From Selaginella moellendorffii (Eukaryota > Plantae > Lycopodiophyta), in contig NW_003314400.1 in NCBI RefSeq assembly GCF_000143415.4, positions 268,064 through 332,063 on the forward strand: a stretch of 64,000 bases of DNA, in the 5' to 3' direction. Under the pieces are notes generated by a model that saw only the letters and a list, made by a program, of their open reading frames with translations, was not told the origin of the DNA and ran no database searches. Shown in pieces: positions 1-13,467 of the stretch. Within the stretch, counting starts at the first letter, position 1; each line of letters opens with the position of its first letter. The position numbers were made by a program, and so were the translations under genes.

Positions 1-1142
1 CTCTGCTTTGAGTACAAAAACATCTGAAGTAAAAGGATTGTATCTTACCCCTCGTACTGCATAGAAACCGTGTTGCTGATATCAGCAAACTTCCGGTCCT
101 CAAAGATCATAAAATCGTGCTTCTCCGCAATCTGCAAACACACATTTTGCATATCAGAGGCCAAAAGGAAAGACCATGAGAAGGAAGAAGCAATAGACTC
201 ACCGCACGAAGCTTGACTGTGAGCTCCTCGCTAAAATCCGAGAGCACATCAACGTGCGTCTTGAGCACGCATATCTCAGGCCCGACCTGTATGACCATCA
301 CAAACCTTGGATTCAGTGACAAACAGAAAAAAGAAAGACAAAACGAACTCACAGCGTCGGCAAGCTTGAGAAGCTCCTCGGACGTCGTGACGTCCGCCGC
401 AACACTCAAGTTACTCTTCTTCTGCTCCATGAGGTCCAAGAGTTTCTTCCCAGCAGCATTCTGCGCAAGCACGGCCCTTTCTCCATACGCCAACCTCTTT
501 GGCTTCTTGGCGGCGACAAGAGAAGAAGCAGTTGAAGGAAGCTCCGCCCTGTTAGATCGAACAAAGCTCTTCACGGACGCCGCCACCTCCTCGCGCACTC
601 TCCCATGCTTCACCAGAACATCCACCGCGTAGGTCAGAGTGATGGCGGAGTGGAGCCTCAATCCATGCCTGCGAAGGTTGTCGCCGCCACCCTGCTCTCT
701 ATCGATCAACACCACCACGTCCGAGACCTTAAGCCTCGCGGCGGTGAGAGGCTCCACGGTCTCGAGCACCGATGCGCCGCTCGTCACTAGATCCTCGATC
801 ACCAGGCACGACTGGCCGCTGGAAAAGACGCCCTCGATCGCCTTGCGGGTGCCAAAGTCCTTGACCTCCTTGATCACCATTGGCACATTGTGCGCGAGAG
901 AGATGCACGTCGCGATGGGCAGCGCGGTGTAGGGGACGCCGCAGAGGAGGTCGAACGGGGCGGCGCCGGCAACGGCGGCGGCGGCGGACCAGAGCGCGGC
1001 GGAGCAAATCAGGGTAGGAAACGATCACCCGGAGATCGATGTAGATTGGCGAGATGATGCCACTCTTGAGCTTAAACTCGCCGAATTTCACCGCCTCCGC
1101 GTCGGCGAGCGCAAGGACCAGCGCCGCCGCCGCCTCCCACAT
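1..1142 (-). pseudogene. UMPS: UMP synthase (OPRT + OMP decarboxylase), 5' part, runs off the window; frameshifted
   Basis: OPRT motifs [32 protein letters not shown] and [17 protein letters not shown], then ODC motifs SNLSVAADV, GPEICVLKTHVD and [10 protein letters not shown] across GT-AG introns. The frame changes near 990-1000 and RR is missing before KEVKD. Confidence 0.85.
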
Positions 1143-1201
1143 TTCTTTCTATACGAGGTCCTAACTCTTGTTCGTAGATTCGTGGATGATTATACGCCGG
1201 A

Positions 1202-1600
1202 TCACCCGACCTGGACGAGTGCCGCCATCGCGATCGACCACGACACGGCGTTCTTGTCAGTGATCTCCTCGAATGCCGCCATGGAATCGTCGAAGCTCTG
1301 GCAGTGGGCGTGCATTCTCACAGCACGGTGGATCGATCCATCTGGTCGCCAGCAATCGCGTAGATTGCCTTCCCAGATCCAACAACCCGGGATCGCAGCA
1401 CGCCGAGAGCGCAGTGGCGATCGTCGCAGCGTCCGGCAAACAGCTCCACGACCTCTTGGAAGAGATCCAGGCACTCGCGATGGCAGCCACTGCGGGCGGG
1501 CATACGCAGCATGCATGGCATTCCACGTCGAAGACTTTAGGAGACAGGTTGGAAAATTCAGCAAAAGAACACCGCCGGATGCGCGAGAGATTCCCGGGTA
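1202..1600 (-). pseudogene. PLS-class PPR gene fragment
   Basis: PPR-like pieces in shifting frames, e.g. STWNAMHAAYA, ECLDLFQEV, DAATIATALSACCDPGLLDLGR and AFEEITDKNAVSWSIAMAALVQ. Confidence 0.7.
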
Positions 1601-1617
1601 AGCCCTAAACCCTCGCA

Positions 1618-2005
1618 TGCTACACGTGGCAAAATCCACGAAAACAGCAATCGGGAGGAGTTTAAATGCCATTGTCACCGTCGTGAATTTTCTCGAAGCA
1701 AAGAAGCTTAATAGGATGGAACAAGATCATGATTCTCACAACAAAAGGATCAATCCAGACTCGACGATCGTTGTGCAGAGATCTTGATGGAGCACGAAAG
1801 TTCACTTTGCGAGGACGACGCCGTGTCATGGGCAACATTTATCAGAATGCTCCGATCAATCCCTTTGATTTAATGACCGTTTTTCTAACAAAGACAATAC
1901 TGGTTAAGGAAAGAAGAGAAAGAACAAAAATGAGAAAAGAGAAAAACTCGAGATCGACAATTTCGAGGAAGTAGTCACGTAGCTATTTTCCTTCCGTGAG
2001 CTTCA
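1618..2005 (+). repeat. Dispersed repeat (degenerate, PPR-derived), copy 1; copy 2 at about 19820-20385
   Basis: Shared strings such as ctacacgtggcaaaatcca, tctcgaagcaaagaagct, gcagagatcttgatggagcacgaaagtt and tagtcacgtagctattttc. Confidence 0.8.
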
Positions 2006-2199
2006 AAGAAGTTTGACTACGCTTGACTTGGCATGAGCCGTTAAGTAATTTTGAAACGGGCGGTTGAATTCGATTGCTGATGGCAGATCAACTCGACCTG
2101 GCTGTGCATGGACTCGCCACCATGGCGTCCAAGATCAGTCTCTCTATGCAAAGATGGAAGCCCTGTGAACGATATGTACAAAAGATCACATTATTTTAT

Positions 2200-3050
2200 T
2201 ATATCTCAACCTAAACCATTGCAGGATGGCATTCTCCAGGTATAAGGATCAGAAATTTTTACTGCAGCTTGATCTTCTATAGTGTTGGAGCACCAACACA
2301 AGCTATTCATCTTTTCCTTGAATTTATCTTTACTCACTTCATAAATACCATGAAATCTGTACCACAAACATGATTCACTGCATTTAAAAGTAACATTGTG
2401 ATTTCTAAAGTCAATAACTGCTGAGTGCTTGTGAAGCCAATGTTTCCCAAAAAATATACTATCAGAGGAGTCTTTAAGAACACCAAATGTTCTTCTCTTA
2501 AAAAACTTTCCCAAGTTATAAGTTACCATAACCTTTGTCCAATTGATCAGCTGCAAGTGGCCTCATTCCAAAATACTTGTGACGAACTATAGGGAGTCCA
2601 AGTTTCTTGACAAGATCAAGTATTATCTATTAGGATTTTGATTTTGTAGTCATTGATTCTCCCAGGGCAATACAGATCATAAAATGTATTACATATATGT
2701 TGATTTATCCTTCTAAACCTTCTTGACCGAGATAAATTATTGTCACCAGTGAGACAATACCCTCTATTTCAAATGTTATTATACCTTTACTACCACTACA
2801 ATCTAACTGTAGGGATGTATCCAGGGTGAACCTAACATTATATCGTTATTTGAAACAAGTGGTAATATAGTGAAAGTTTCTTTTAATTCACAGGCGTGTC
2901 TTGTAAATTTAAAATCCTTAACATGACAAATTTTATCCAATGTGATATTGAATTCTTCTGTTAATTTTTGTGACATAATAACAACCACAATCTCACTCAA
3001 CCTTTCAGCGTTAAATTTTCCAAACGCTAAAACTTTTATATTTCTTCTTA
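2200..3050 (-). mobile_element. AT-rich remnant with retroelement aspartic-protease-like peptides (Ty3/gypsy-like)
   Basis: DIMLGSPWI and IFFGKHWLHKHSAVIDFRNHNVTF resemble the retropepsin C-terminal motif D-x-I-L-G-x-x-W-L. No LTR, RT or integrase seen. Confidence 0.45.
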
Positions 3051-3393
3051 AGGATATTCTTGTTTATTGGGCGGATGACCAACAGGTGAATGCTATGATC
3101 AACGAGACTGCGAGTTCCCCTCGTCGCATGGTCTTCACGATTCATCCCATGCATCACTGAGAAGTCGTCGCTACTTTACAACTCCTGGGATTGCTCCTAC
3201 AAGTTCGCAGATGAGCTCCCCGGGAGCATCCAGCAGAAGCCATCTTCCGGATTGGGGAGGACCACGGATTGTTCCTGGGGAGTTCTTGGTTTAGACCTCG
3301 CCCCGTGGTCATGGAATGGATCGATCCTGCTAAAAGAAGAGAAGCTCGGGCGATTCATGGTGGGAAAAATAAAAGGTGTAGTGTGTACCTGTG

Positions 3394-6300
3394 TCATACC
3401 ACTCGGACCCAGTGACCACCACACATCGGACACGAATACGCCCATCTTCCAGTCCACCATGCCTCGCGAGAATTTGAAGGCACAGCACTGGCCTGTGAAT
3501 TCGGGGACCACGGGACAAGAGATGCAGTTTGCCGTCCACACCTCATGCACTGGAATACAAAGAGAAAGAGAGTGATGAAAACGAAAACGAAGAAAAGACC
3601 ATGTCTGAATACCTTGTGCCAGACTGCATGTAGGACGGTCTTCCACGACGAAGTTATCACGTCCCGCCTGGAGCCCATGAAACCTGTGTAACTTCCCAAG
3701 CCAACCGCGGTTTCCACACCGCAAGCAGCGTCTCGCTCCGCAAACCTCCGCTTTCGAGGCCACAAATCCATGGGCCTCTCGTGCTTGTCCAGGCTTTCCA
3801 GTCTCTCGGACCAAGGTCCACCGGACATGATTCTCTTGTTCCATTCTTCCGCGGGCGGATGGAGCTCCAGCTCACGCATGAGGAGTCCCGCAGCATCGGC
3901 TCCACGAGGACGAGGCAAATTCTGCAAACAACCATGAGCTCGTAAGAGACCAACCATTTGTGTTTTTGTTTTGGGTACCTGCATGTGTGGGCCAAGAGAA
4001 GCTTCGACAATCTCGGGGACCACTGAGAACTGTCCATCAATGTAATGTAGTCTAAAGCTCGGGTTGCTCGCTCCAGCGGGGAACTTTGGGAACGGATGAG
4101 CAAGCGGCGCTGTTCTCTTGCATAGATCTAACAACACGAGAAATAAATATTTCACCTGCAGTTAAAGCTCGTGAGCTTCTGGAAATGAAAACAAAAACAA
4201 ATGCGCAGACCTCGTCGGCTGTATAGCCTTGACCAGCATTTCCACTTCCCAGTCTTAAAGGACGTGTATGAACTGGCTCCTCCTTGGACGGCTGAACCAA
4301 AGCAGCTTTTGCAACTTGGCCATCCTCAGTTTTTACAGTAGGCATTAGACGAGGTCCATTGTTGGCGGACTCCTCTGCTTTGACGGGCGCTACTTCCGAC
4401 TTTCCCATGTACCGTGGGAGTTGTCTCTTGCGAAAGACCAGGCAAAAGAGGAGGAGCTGACAGAGCTTGTGCAGGAAGTAGCAGTCTCCGATGAGACGAA
4501 CCGCAGGGATGCCAGGAAACGTCGATGTGCTCATGCTTAGAGGTGGCGCCGCAGGAGCAACTGTGGCGGTATCAGTGTTGCTCATCTTCGCCACGGCACC
4601 TTGTATCCAAGCGTGGACTTGAGCGTTTCCACCATTGCTGCTGGCGCCACCAGGTTGGTTTCCTGAATAAGAATTCGGTTGAGAAGATATCAAAAAACTT
4701 TCGCCATACCTGGTGGCGGCAGCGGTGGTGGTGTTGTCGTTGTTGGTGCTGGAGGTGCTGCTGGTGTCGGAACTGGTGCTGGTGTTGGTGCTACTGGTGC
4801 TGGTGCTGCTGATGCTGGCGCTGGAGGCTGAGATCCTGCGGGAGGACCGTTTGAGCTTGGTGCTTTGACAGCAGCAAGAGTTCGGCAAAAGCTTGCGTAT
4901 CTCCGCAATCGGGTCAAAAAGTGAGACGCTAGATCCAAAACCACGTCGACGTAAGACTGCACGAGAGCGTTTCAATGACAGTGTTATTACAAGTGTCGAA
5001 ACGAACCTGAATTTGATGAACGAGAGCTGGATCAACAAGCATGGCTTCACCGCCAAGACCTGTCAGAGTTTCGCTGGGTGCTTGCCAAGGGTCGAGAATA
5101 AGCGTCGAAGGATTAACGAGTGCTGCTTCTATGCCTTTGCCTAGGACTTCCAATAAAAGTCTGGCCTGCATATCAAGGACAAGTGCTCTTACTTCAGCAG
5201 CATCTGCCCCTTCTAACATCCTACACTTAATGCGATCCAGAGCCTGTGATCCGAAAACAAATTTGAGAAAAATTTAGGACAAAATAAAAAAGAAAACTTA
5301 CAGGTCCGTAATGCTGACGATGACCTGCATTTGGCAAAGAATGAAAATCTGAATCTAGAACCGCTGCAATTGCCCCTAGAGAAACTGACAAACATAAAAG
5401 GCATGAATTAGCACGCGCGGGAGATGATAGAGACATGAAAAACTACCTAGGCCTTCGTCAGCAGCGCTTTGAGAGTACGCAATAGCGTCCCACCAATCAA
5501 GTTGAGTTACCAAGCTCCACCAAAATCTGTTTCATCAAATGGTTGAGCATCTACTTCACCCAAAGAAGGAACTTACCTGTCGGCTATCTGGCGTTCCAGG
5601 GGTGCAGTTGTAGGCCCAGATGATGAAAGGGATCGAACACGAACAATCTTCAAGAAGCTGGTGTCGGAGTCTGTGTCATGCCAGGCACATGAGAGGCAGC
5701 AACCGGAAGCAGATAGAGCTGGAGATGCAACCAAAAGCCCGACTTGGACGCAGAAGTTCTCGACCGGAACCAGCCCAGGGCCAGAGAACAAGTGAACTTC
5801 GCCACCTAAGAGTGCCACCGCAACTTCTCCCCCGTGACCGCTGAAGCGAACTTTTGCGATACACTTGACGACGGGTAAAGGCTCTGTTTCCTGTTCCTCG
5901 GCCGCAGCGTCACCTGTATCCATGCTGCTCGAAGCGTCCCGCTCTCGTTTATTATACGACATGGCCAGCTTTGTCTGAGGAAAGCTCTTGTTCACGACTG
6001 TTTTCCATGTTGTAGCCATAGGGTGCGACATAGCACCGTAATTCGCAGCTCCTGCTTCAAAAACAGAGTGTATGGCCACTTGTTGCCGTGAACTTTCCCA
6101 CCTTTGAAACTTCCATCCGGTCATAGAAGGCCCTCCATCAGGATGTTTTGGAGACATATATTGTCCTGTAGAGACAGAGAGAAAAAGAATGAGCAAAGAA
6201 CGATAATATTGACGACCAAACCTTCAACTATCACAACAAGAAGCGCCGTCCCTTGCTTTTCCGGATCGAATGCCACTGCTGCCACTCCGGTTCCCCAAGC

Positions 6301-7749
6301 TGCTACATTCGATCCAGTGGACGCCTCCGGACTCACGTAGGCTGACAAGTTTGAAATTGGCGAGCACTGCAGCAAAGGACCTTCCTTGTCAGGAAGGTCC
6401 TTCTCGCGAAGCTCCTGCCAACTGAGAAGATACGCTGCCAACGATGCCATCCCCGGCCATGAAGGAGCAGTAAATGGTAGAGGCGACGCACCAAGCTTCA
6501 TCAGCTGCTGACCATTAAATACGCCTGGAGTGATCTCCCAGATGACAATTGTAGAAGGATTACCGATAGGCACTCCTGCAACTATCAAGGAGCCAGCGTC
6601 GTTGACGATAACATCTGCAGCATAGATTCCACTCGGCCCAGCTCCTAAAACACCTCTGCTTGACGAGTACCAAACTGGCGTAGAGGAGTCTTTGAGAGGC
6701 GACTGCCGCCATCGGAGTTGCACCACACCCGACGATAAAACGATGCAAGCACAAAGAAAATTCGGCCATTTAGCTGCAAGTTAGCGAAGGTTAGCGCGAG
6801 ACGAACTTTCGAATGTAAACTTTGATCACCAGAGATTGTAGCTTGACGTGCTAGGAATCTTTCCTCAAACAGTGGTGAAGTTCCAGAACCGGCATCCGTC
6901 CATTGGTACTGAAAACATAGTTTAAAGCTAAGCCGAGAAAGGAAAACTCTGAGCTCACCGAATACTGTGGAGTGATCCATTTCGTGACAACTGCTTGATC
7001 TTGCCTCCATTCGTGCTCACAATTCCAGCAATTAAATGCCCGTGCCACATTCAAGGGGCCCTGAGGAACAATGTATAAACAGAAGGAAAGAAAGAGAAAA
7101 AAAACATACTTTGGATGGTTGAGTCCAGATAGTCACTTTTCCACGAGAATTCACCACTAAAAGCGCACGCTCACAGCTGGGAGGAGACCACTCGATGAAG
7201 GCGATGGAATCACAAGGAGTGTCTACAGCACAAGAGAAAAAAAAGAGAGAAAAAGTAGATTCTTGGAAGAACAAACACTCGCAAATTCACTCACCAGCAA
7301 CCACGTTGAAGATCGCGTGCTCCGTGGGCCTCTCAGGATCGACGAGATGGACTGGGATCCAGAACGTAGGCTTCTGCCGAGAACTAGGAAGCCAGAATTT
7401 TCATCTCGAGAGAGAAACCATCACACATACCCTGGATCTCTCGCACAAGTCTCCGTGGCGCAGGCGATTATGTTCGTTTTCCCACACCAAGCGGCGGCAC
7501 TGCTGCGAAATTTCAAGCATCAATCGCGCGTCAGCGATCGCATTCCCTGCCAGAGCAATGTTCTTGCCTGAAAGATTTGAAATCCGGGAACTTGATCCTC
7601 CGCCGCTGGCTGAAGGGCTGCGGATGCAGCGAGAGCTGGAGGATTGTGCTGCTCTCGTCATCGCCATCGGCTGCAGCTGGATTCTCCTCCTCGCCATCGC
7701 TGCCCTTGTCGCCAGTGGCTGGAGGAGCCGCTGCCGGGGCGGCATCCAT
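3394..7749 (-). CDS. MED16: Mediator subunit 16 (SFR6), multi-exon
   Basis: Spliced exons give FSAAAWCGKTNIIACATETCAR, FWIPVHLVDPERPTEHAIFNVVA, FIEWSPPSCERALL, LIGDCYFLHKLCQLLLFC and the C-terminal CMRCGRQT...RWAYSCPMCGGHWVRVV-stop, matching plant SFR6/MED16. Confidence 0.93.
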
Positions 7750-7825
7750 TTCCTAGCTACCAAGAACCCTAAAATCCTGGCATTATTTACAAACAGGGCC
7801 CTTTTACCTTTACTGTTATTAACTT

Positions 7826-10800
7826 CTATCTGGCAGGATTCTTACACTTAGTTCTTCCTTTCTTCTCGATCCCTGTCAAGGATTTGAGTATGGACGATAC
7901 GCTCTGGAGTTGCGATTTAGCGTCTGCGAGCTTCTTCTCGGCCGAGATTTTCTGTGCGGCAGCGCCCAAGTAGAATCTCTCCAAGTTCCTGCGAGAGACA
8001 ACCATGGAATGAACTCTCTCTCTGGAAGAACTCTATAAAATTGGAGAGAGCTTACTTGCGTTCCGCGTCTACTTTGCGCTCCAGGAGCTGCTTGACGTGA
8101 TCCAGTCGACGTAAAACCAGAGGTTTTGAGCGAGCAACGTCGTCGGCCGAGACCTTGCAAACCAGCTTGAGGACGTCGACAGCCTTGAAGAAGATCTCCT
8201 CCTTGTTCCTGGAAAATGCAAACGTTTCGAGCGTGGTCTGAGACGAGCAATTGTTACCTTGACATCTGGAGCTGCTCTGCGACCACTTCCAAAGAGGTTG
8301 GAGTGTTGAGAATGGTCGTAGCGAGAGCTGGATAGCGTGCCAAGTTGCCGAGGATGGACAGTGCGTGCTTTAAAACCTGCTCGTGCGGAGTGCTCCGGTT
8401 GGTTGTCTGAATCAGCTGGACAATCTTTCCGATTGCTCCGCCTTCCGCGATGCGGTCGCAGCAGTATTTCGAGTGACGAGTTGCTACGTCTGCAGCAGTA
8501 GAGTTTCCAGTTGCCGAAGTCAAGAAAAGTCGAGGAAGAAAGAAAAGAGTTACCTATAGTCGCACATATGTGAAGAATGCTGCTGACAGTCTTAAAACTC
8601 AGGAGCAATGCAAGAGCCTCGTTCAGGCGATTTCCAAGAGTCATGTTGCAGTCGACAGTTGCCGCAGCGTACTGAATGCGCAGTCGCAGCTGATATAGCT
8701 CGTTGGTTTGTACCTTCCGCGTATTGTAACCTTTCCAAAAGGCCTGAGACAAACTCACGTTATACCGGGGAAAGCATAGAAACTTGTACCTGAATGAGAA
8801 TAGCAGAGGAAAGGATCTTCTTAAGCAGAGTGCGAGCTTTCCATCCACGATAACATGATTGTATCGTAGTCGCGGCCTGCTTTCTCTTATGAACGTGTGC
8901 TGCTTCATCGGATCCAGTGCGCTTCCTGGAACAGAATCCACGCCAATAGGATTGCAAAACTGTTGCAGCTCCGTCCAAATTTCTAGACGCTTTCTGAAAA
9001 CAAACAGTCAACTCGTTACAAACGCTGTTCATTACGTACCTTTTTACTTGTTTGTCTCGCCTTCCAGCATTCGTAAGCGGCTTGTGCAATATTAGCAGCC
9101 TCCGCCTTCTTCCTCTGAACGTGTTTTCTCCATCTCGACTGTATTCTCCTGGCTGCTGAGTTCACAACAAAACTTCGGGTCGCCAACCAGCTTCTGAAAC
9201 AAGATTGGATGTGGGAAGCAGCGAGCTTAAGTCGCAAATAGCTTCTTTGAGCTCTTCGTCGTCTGTAATGGGCTTCAAGAAGGACCACCGCGTTCCTGTA
9301 CGAGCTAAACCTTTTCTGAGCAGCATATCTCCTGTAACATTTTTGAATCAGAGTCGCAGCTCCCGTCCAGTTCGATATCCGTTGTCTCACCAAGAAGCCA
9401 CGAAAAACTGCCTGTATCTTGGTCACCTTTTCCTGTCTGCGCTCTAGAATCCGTCTCCACTGCTGTTGCACAGAAACAACGCGAGCCTTGAGCAAAGCGT
9501 ATGAGCTACGATCAACATAGCCCCTCCATGATGCTTGAATTCTTCGAATGCTGGACAAAGTCGTCTTCAACCGCTTCTGTTGATCCCAACGCTTATAATG
9601 TGCCTGAATTACTGTTCCTGCAGCGCGCCTTTTCTCGTAAGTTCTTCGATCGACCACAGCGCGCCGTCTCTGCTCGATTCTTTTAACTGCGCATTTTGTC
9701 AACACGAACGTTCTGCGAGCTACAAAACATCTCCAAGCTGCCTGGATAGTAACTGCACCATCGACAATTTTCCTGTAGTTCTTCCTCCATTTCCAGCCCC
9801 TATAATTTCCCTGGATAACTACTGCTGCAGCTCGTTGTTCACGGAACTTCCTGCATTCCAGTGCAGCCGCCACCTTCCTGATGAACCACCTTGTCCGCAC
9901 ATAAGCTCGACGGGCTCTAAAGCATTTCCATGCAGCCTGGATGGTAACTGCACTCTCGATCATCCTTCTGTACTTTCTCGTATGATTCCAGCCCCTGTAA
10001 CTTGCCTGGATAACTGTGACTGCAGCTCGTTGTTTCCGAAAAGTCCTTTTGCTCAACACTGCTTCCCACCTTTGCTCGATCTTTCTAACGAGGAGTTTTG
10101 TGAGGAAATACCTCCCGCGAGCAACAAAGCTTCTCCATGCTGCCTGGATTTTAACTATACTATCAGCCACCTTCCTGTAACGTCCTCTCTGCGTACTTCC
10201 TCTATAAAATGCTTGTATGCGCAGCACGGCGTTTGTTATCCTCAGCGTAGACGCTTCTTTTCTCGCTTGAAGGAAACTTCGCCATGCCTTTTGAATAATC
10301 GTGGCAGCATCGATCTTGCGCTTAAGGGACTTCCGAAAGAGAAACCGTTTCCAGCAGCACTGAATCTTGCATACGGCCAGCCTGGTATTAGTGTATACTC
10401 GTCTCGTTTTCCAGCCTCGATAACAGCATTGGATACGTATCGCTGAATCGTCCAGTCTTTGGATTTTCGTCACCTCTGTGTGAATACAAACCATAAGCGA
10501 ACTCCAAACAGAATGCAGGTTAATATGAATGAACTGACCTTCCGATTGAAGTGCATCCTTCAGCACCTGCAGCCAAAACTATCTTATTGTTGTTCAAAAC
10601 TCAAACAAACACAAATTTTGCAACCTGGAGATCCTCGCAAACAAGCTTTGAGAACATTAGTGCCAAGAGAAAAATCGCATTTTTCTCCATCCAGAAGGAA
10701 TTCATGGCGCCACCATTACAACATTCTAGCACCTGGAGGACGCCATTAGCTGCAAGATGAACTGGCGACATCGTCAAATACAATACCTTTTGCAAAAACC

Positions 10801-13202
10801 CCATTTTTTTAGTCACATTATACAGTATTTGAAAGTGACAAGGACATCCATTGGACTGTCAAGGACCACCGAATCGTTAGTGAAGAGAAAATGCTACGAA
10901 TTTGAAAATTATGACCTCTGGAGAGGGCTCGAAGGCTTCTACAGGCAAACATGCCGGAAGATAAAAATTGATAAGGTAGCATGATGCGCGTGCAATAAAA
11001 AAAGGCGTCTTGAAGTTTTGTAACTCGAAACCGTATGATTTGCATACCATCTGTAACAAGGAAAAACTCCGTTCCCAGTTTTCTAGAATTTGATATACCT
11101 TTCCCCATTTCAAAAGAAGATCAGAAAAATTCAAAGACGAATAATCAACTGGAAACTGCAATATCATCATTGTGAGAAAACAAAGCACTGTATCCATTAA
11201 GTACCTCGGAGCTTTTGCATTCTATGCGAACAATTTCTTGTACAAGCGCCTCCTTGCTTAAAAGATGTGGTATCTGCAGACGCAGCAGTTAGGCAACCAA
11301 GAATCGACAGCGGAAGCAAAAACCTGCACTTGGATTAGAATGTTCCAGGCAAGGGCGAGCATTATCTCATGGTCCCCGTCAACAATAAAATCCGCAGAAA
11401 TTGCATATCCATGTTCGTCTTCGAGAGAAACTCCAGCTCGAGAAAGGATTTCAAGGGCAACGTCACAGTTATGCTTTTGCCGTTTCCTAAGCGTTGGTGG
11501 TAGCTGGATTTTCTGCAGTCACGAGTAGAGTCAGAGAAACTTACGAGCACCAACCAACCTTTACACCGGAAGTGTCGCCCGATATTACTTGTGCTAATCT
11601 GCACAGTCGAACGCCATCTTGAAAATCTTTGAAACTTGTAATTTGAAAGTTGAACTCGATCAAAGAAGTCTGTAAGAAACTCCATGTCAGTCAACGATCA
11701 AGGAAACAGAAAGCTAAAACCTGGACATGAATCAACCGATAGCCTACAGTGCTCAGATGAGCCATCAGATCTCCTTCTCCATGCATAGCGTTCTTTAAAA
11801 TATCTGAAAGCGCACAGTTTACTGGTGAGCAGGCTCTATCATTTTGCTTACCTTGCAATGCCTGACGGCTCGACTTGATCACCGAATCTCTACGAAACAA
11901 AAGGATTGATCCGCCATCGAGGCCGTCTATACCACGGTCGTTTTGTAGAGCAGTTTGACATCTCAGTCGATCGAGTACTAGAACGAAAATGAGTAGCCGT
12001 TTAAGAATGACCCTTCCAAGAGCCTCGTGATAACCCTGCCGATATAATCCTTCAACAGTTCTGCGAGACAAAAGTGTCAATGTTGCAGAGTCGAAACATC
12101 ACTTACTTGTTGGTTGAGTAGCATTTTGCAATTCCAGCATGGACAAAAAATTCCTGCTCGAGCATGCTTTCTAAGTATCTCGCGTCGTTATTGTCAGCGT
12201 CGCTTCCGAAACTCAAGCCGAGTACGATATAAAGCCCCAGCTTAAGCCACGGCGGAGAAAAGCCCAGGAGGACATCGACTGCTTTCTTCCGCAGCCCGAC
12301 GTCAGCAAGAACAGCACAGCCATCTTTCATCCTCAATTTTCCGTCATCTATACGCTGATAAAAATAAAAAGAAAAACGAAAGAACTAAGTTACAATCTCA
12401 CATTCGATCTTCATACCTTGCCTACTTGAAGCATGATGGAAACAATCTCCTCTCGACATACTGGATCAAACTGCGTGCTCAGACGTTGCCGGAAACTTGA
12501 CAGAGTAAACAGTGTTCGCAGGCTTTCGTTTTCCTTTCCCGTCAAAGCACTTCCTCTAGCTTCCCCGTTGGATCTGAAAGATGTTGCTTGCTCCAAGTTT
12601 CTCGAATCATTCTTTCTAATCTCCCCAAAGTTGGCGGCTTGCGGTGTCACCACACCAGCCTTCTTCACTGCCTGTTCCAGAACAAGATTGAACCAGCTCA
12701 CGTAAAGCTTTTCCTGCGACCGTAGCGAGTTTTCTCTCTTCGCGACCATTGTTTCAGGATAGTCGACTGGCTTGTTTTTCTTCTTTCCGGACAGAGGTGG
12801 CCGCAAGACCGCTTGCTTCGATCGGAGAGGCTTGGAAGCTGTTCGTGACGACGTTTTCTCAAAGTCGATCGACGGCGAGTAAGGGAATAGAACATTATTT
12901 TGCCTGTTGCTTGCCTTCAAGGGTGTGATTTGCGACGAGAACGAGCTCCGCAAGCGTGGGGGCAGCAGTGGTCCAGGCGGGAGGGAGACACAACTGATCT
13001 TGCTATGGAAATTCTCATCGTTCTCGCACGCCTGTGGAGCAGCTTCTTTCGGCTTATCAATCTGCGTCTTGTCAGCGCGAGAAATCCTGCCCCTGGTGGA
13101 CACATTCCCGCCCGGCGACGTGAAAACCAGCGGACTCTGGCACCAGAGGATGAAATCCGCGTCGAGCCTCGGATCTTGGCGCTTGGAAACCGGCGTATCC
13201 AT
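7826..13202 (-). CDS. ASPM: Abnormal spindle / ASPM homolog (CH domains, long IQ-motif array, C-terminal helical domain), multi-exon
   Basis: DVGLRKKAVDVLLGFSPPWLKLGL, LKRLLIFVLVLDR, many IQxxxRGxxxR motifs in 9016-10566, and TNRSTPHEQVLKHALSILGNLARY. Last exon NLERFYLG...NPAR-stop at 7826. Start codon inferred. Confidence 0.9.
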
Positions 13203-13467
13203 CAAATCCCTCTACGTTACCCTGATTCGCAGACACATATATCCTGATTCTCCAAAAGGAGAGAAATGGACCTCTAGTACCTCACAGATGCGATCGTCCT
13301 CCTTCGATCGCCATCGCCATCGCTTCTTCACAATATGACCGTTAGACCTAAAACCGCAGCCGTTCGATCTACTCTGCCAATCGAACGGTCCAAAATTCGA
13401 ATGTTTGGGTTTAACCAGGAATATGCTTAAATAAGATATATACGAAGAATATACTCGTCATTTGGAA

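Noticed and set aside
9535-10446. 303-aa plus-strand ORF
   Set aside because: Antisense shadow of the repetitive ASPM IQ exon; no independent coding signal.
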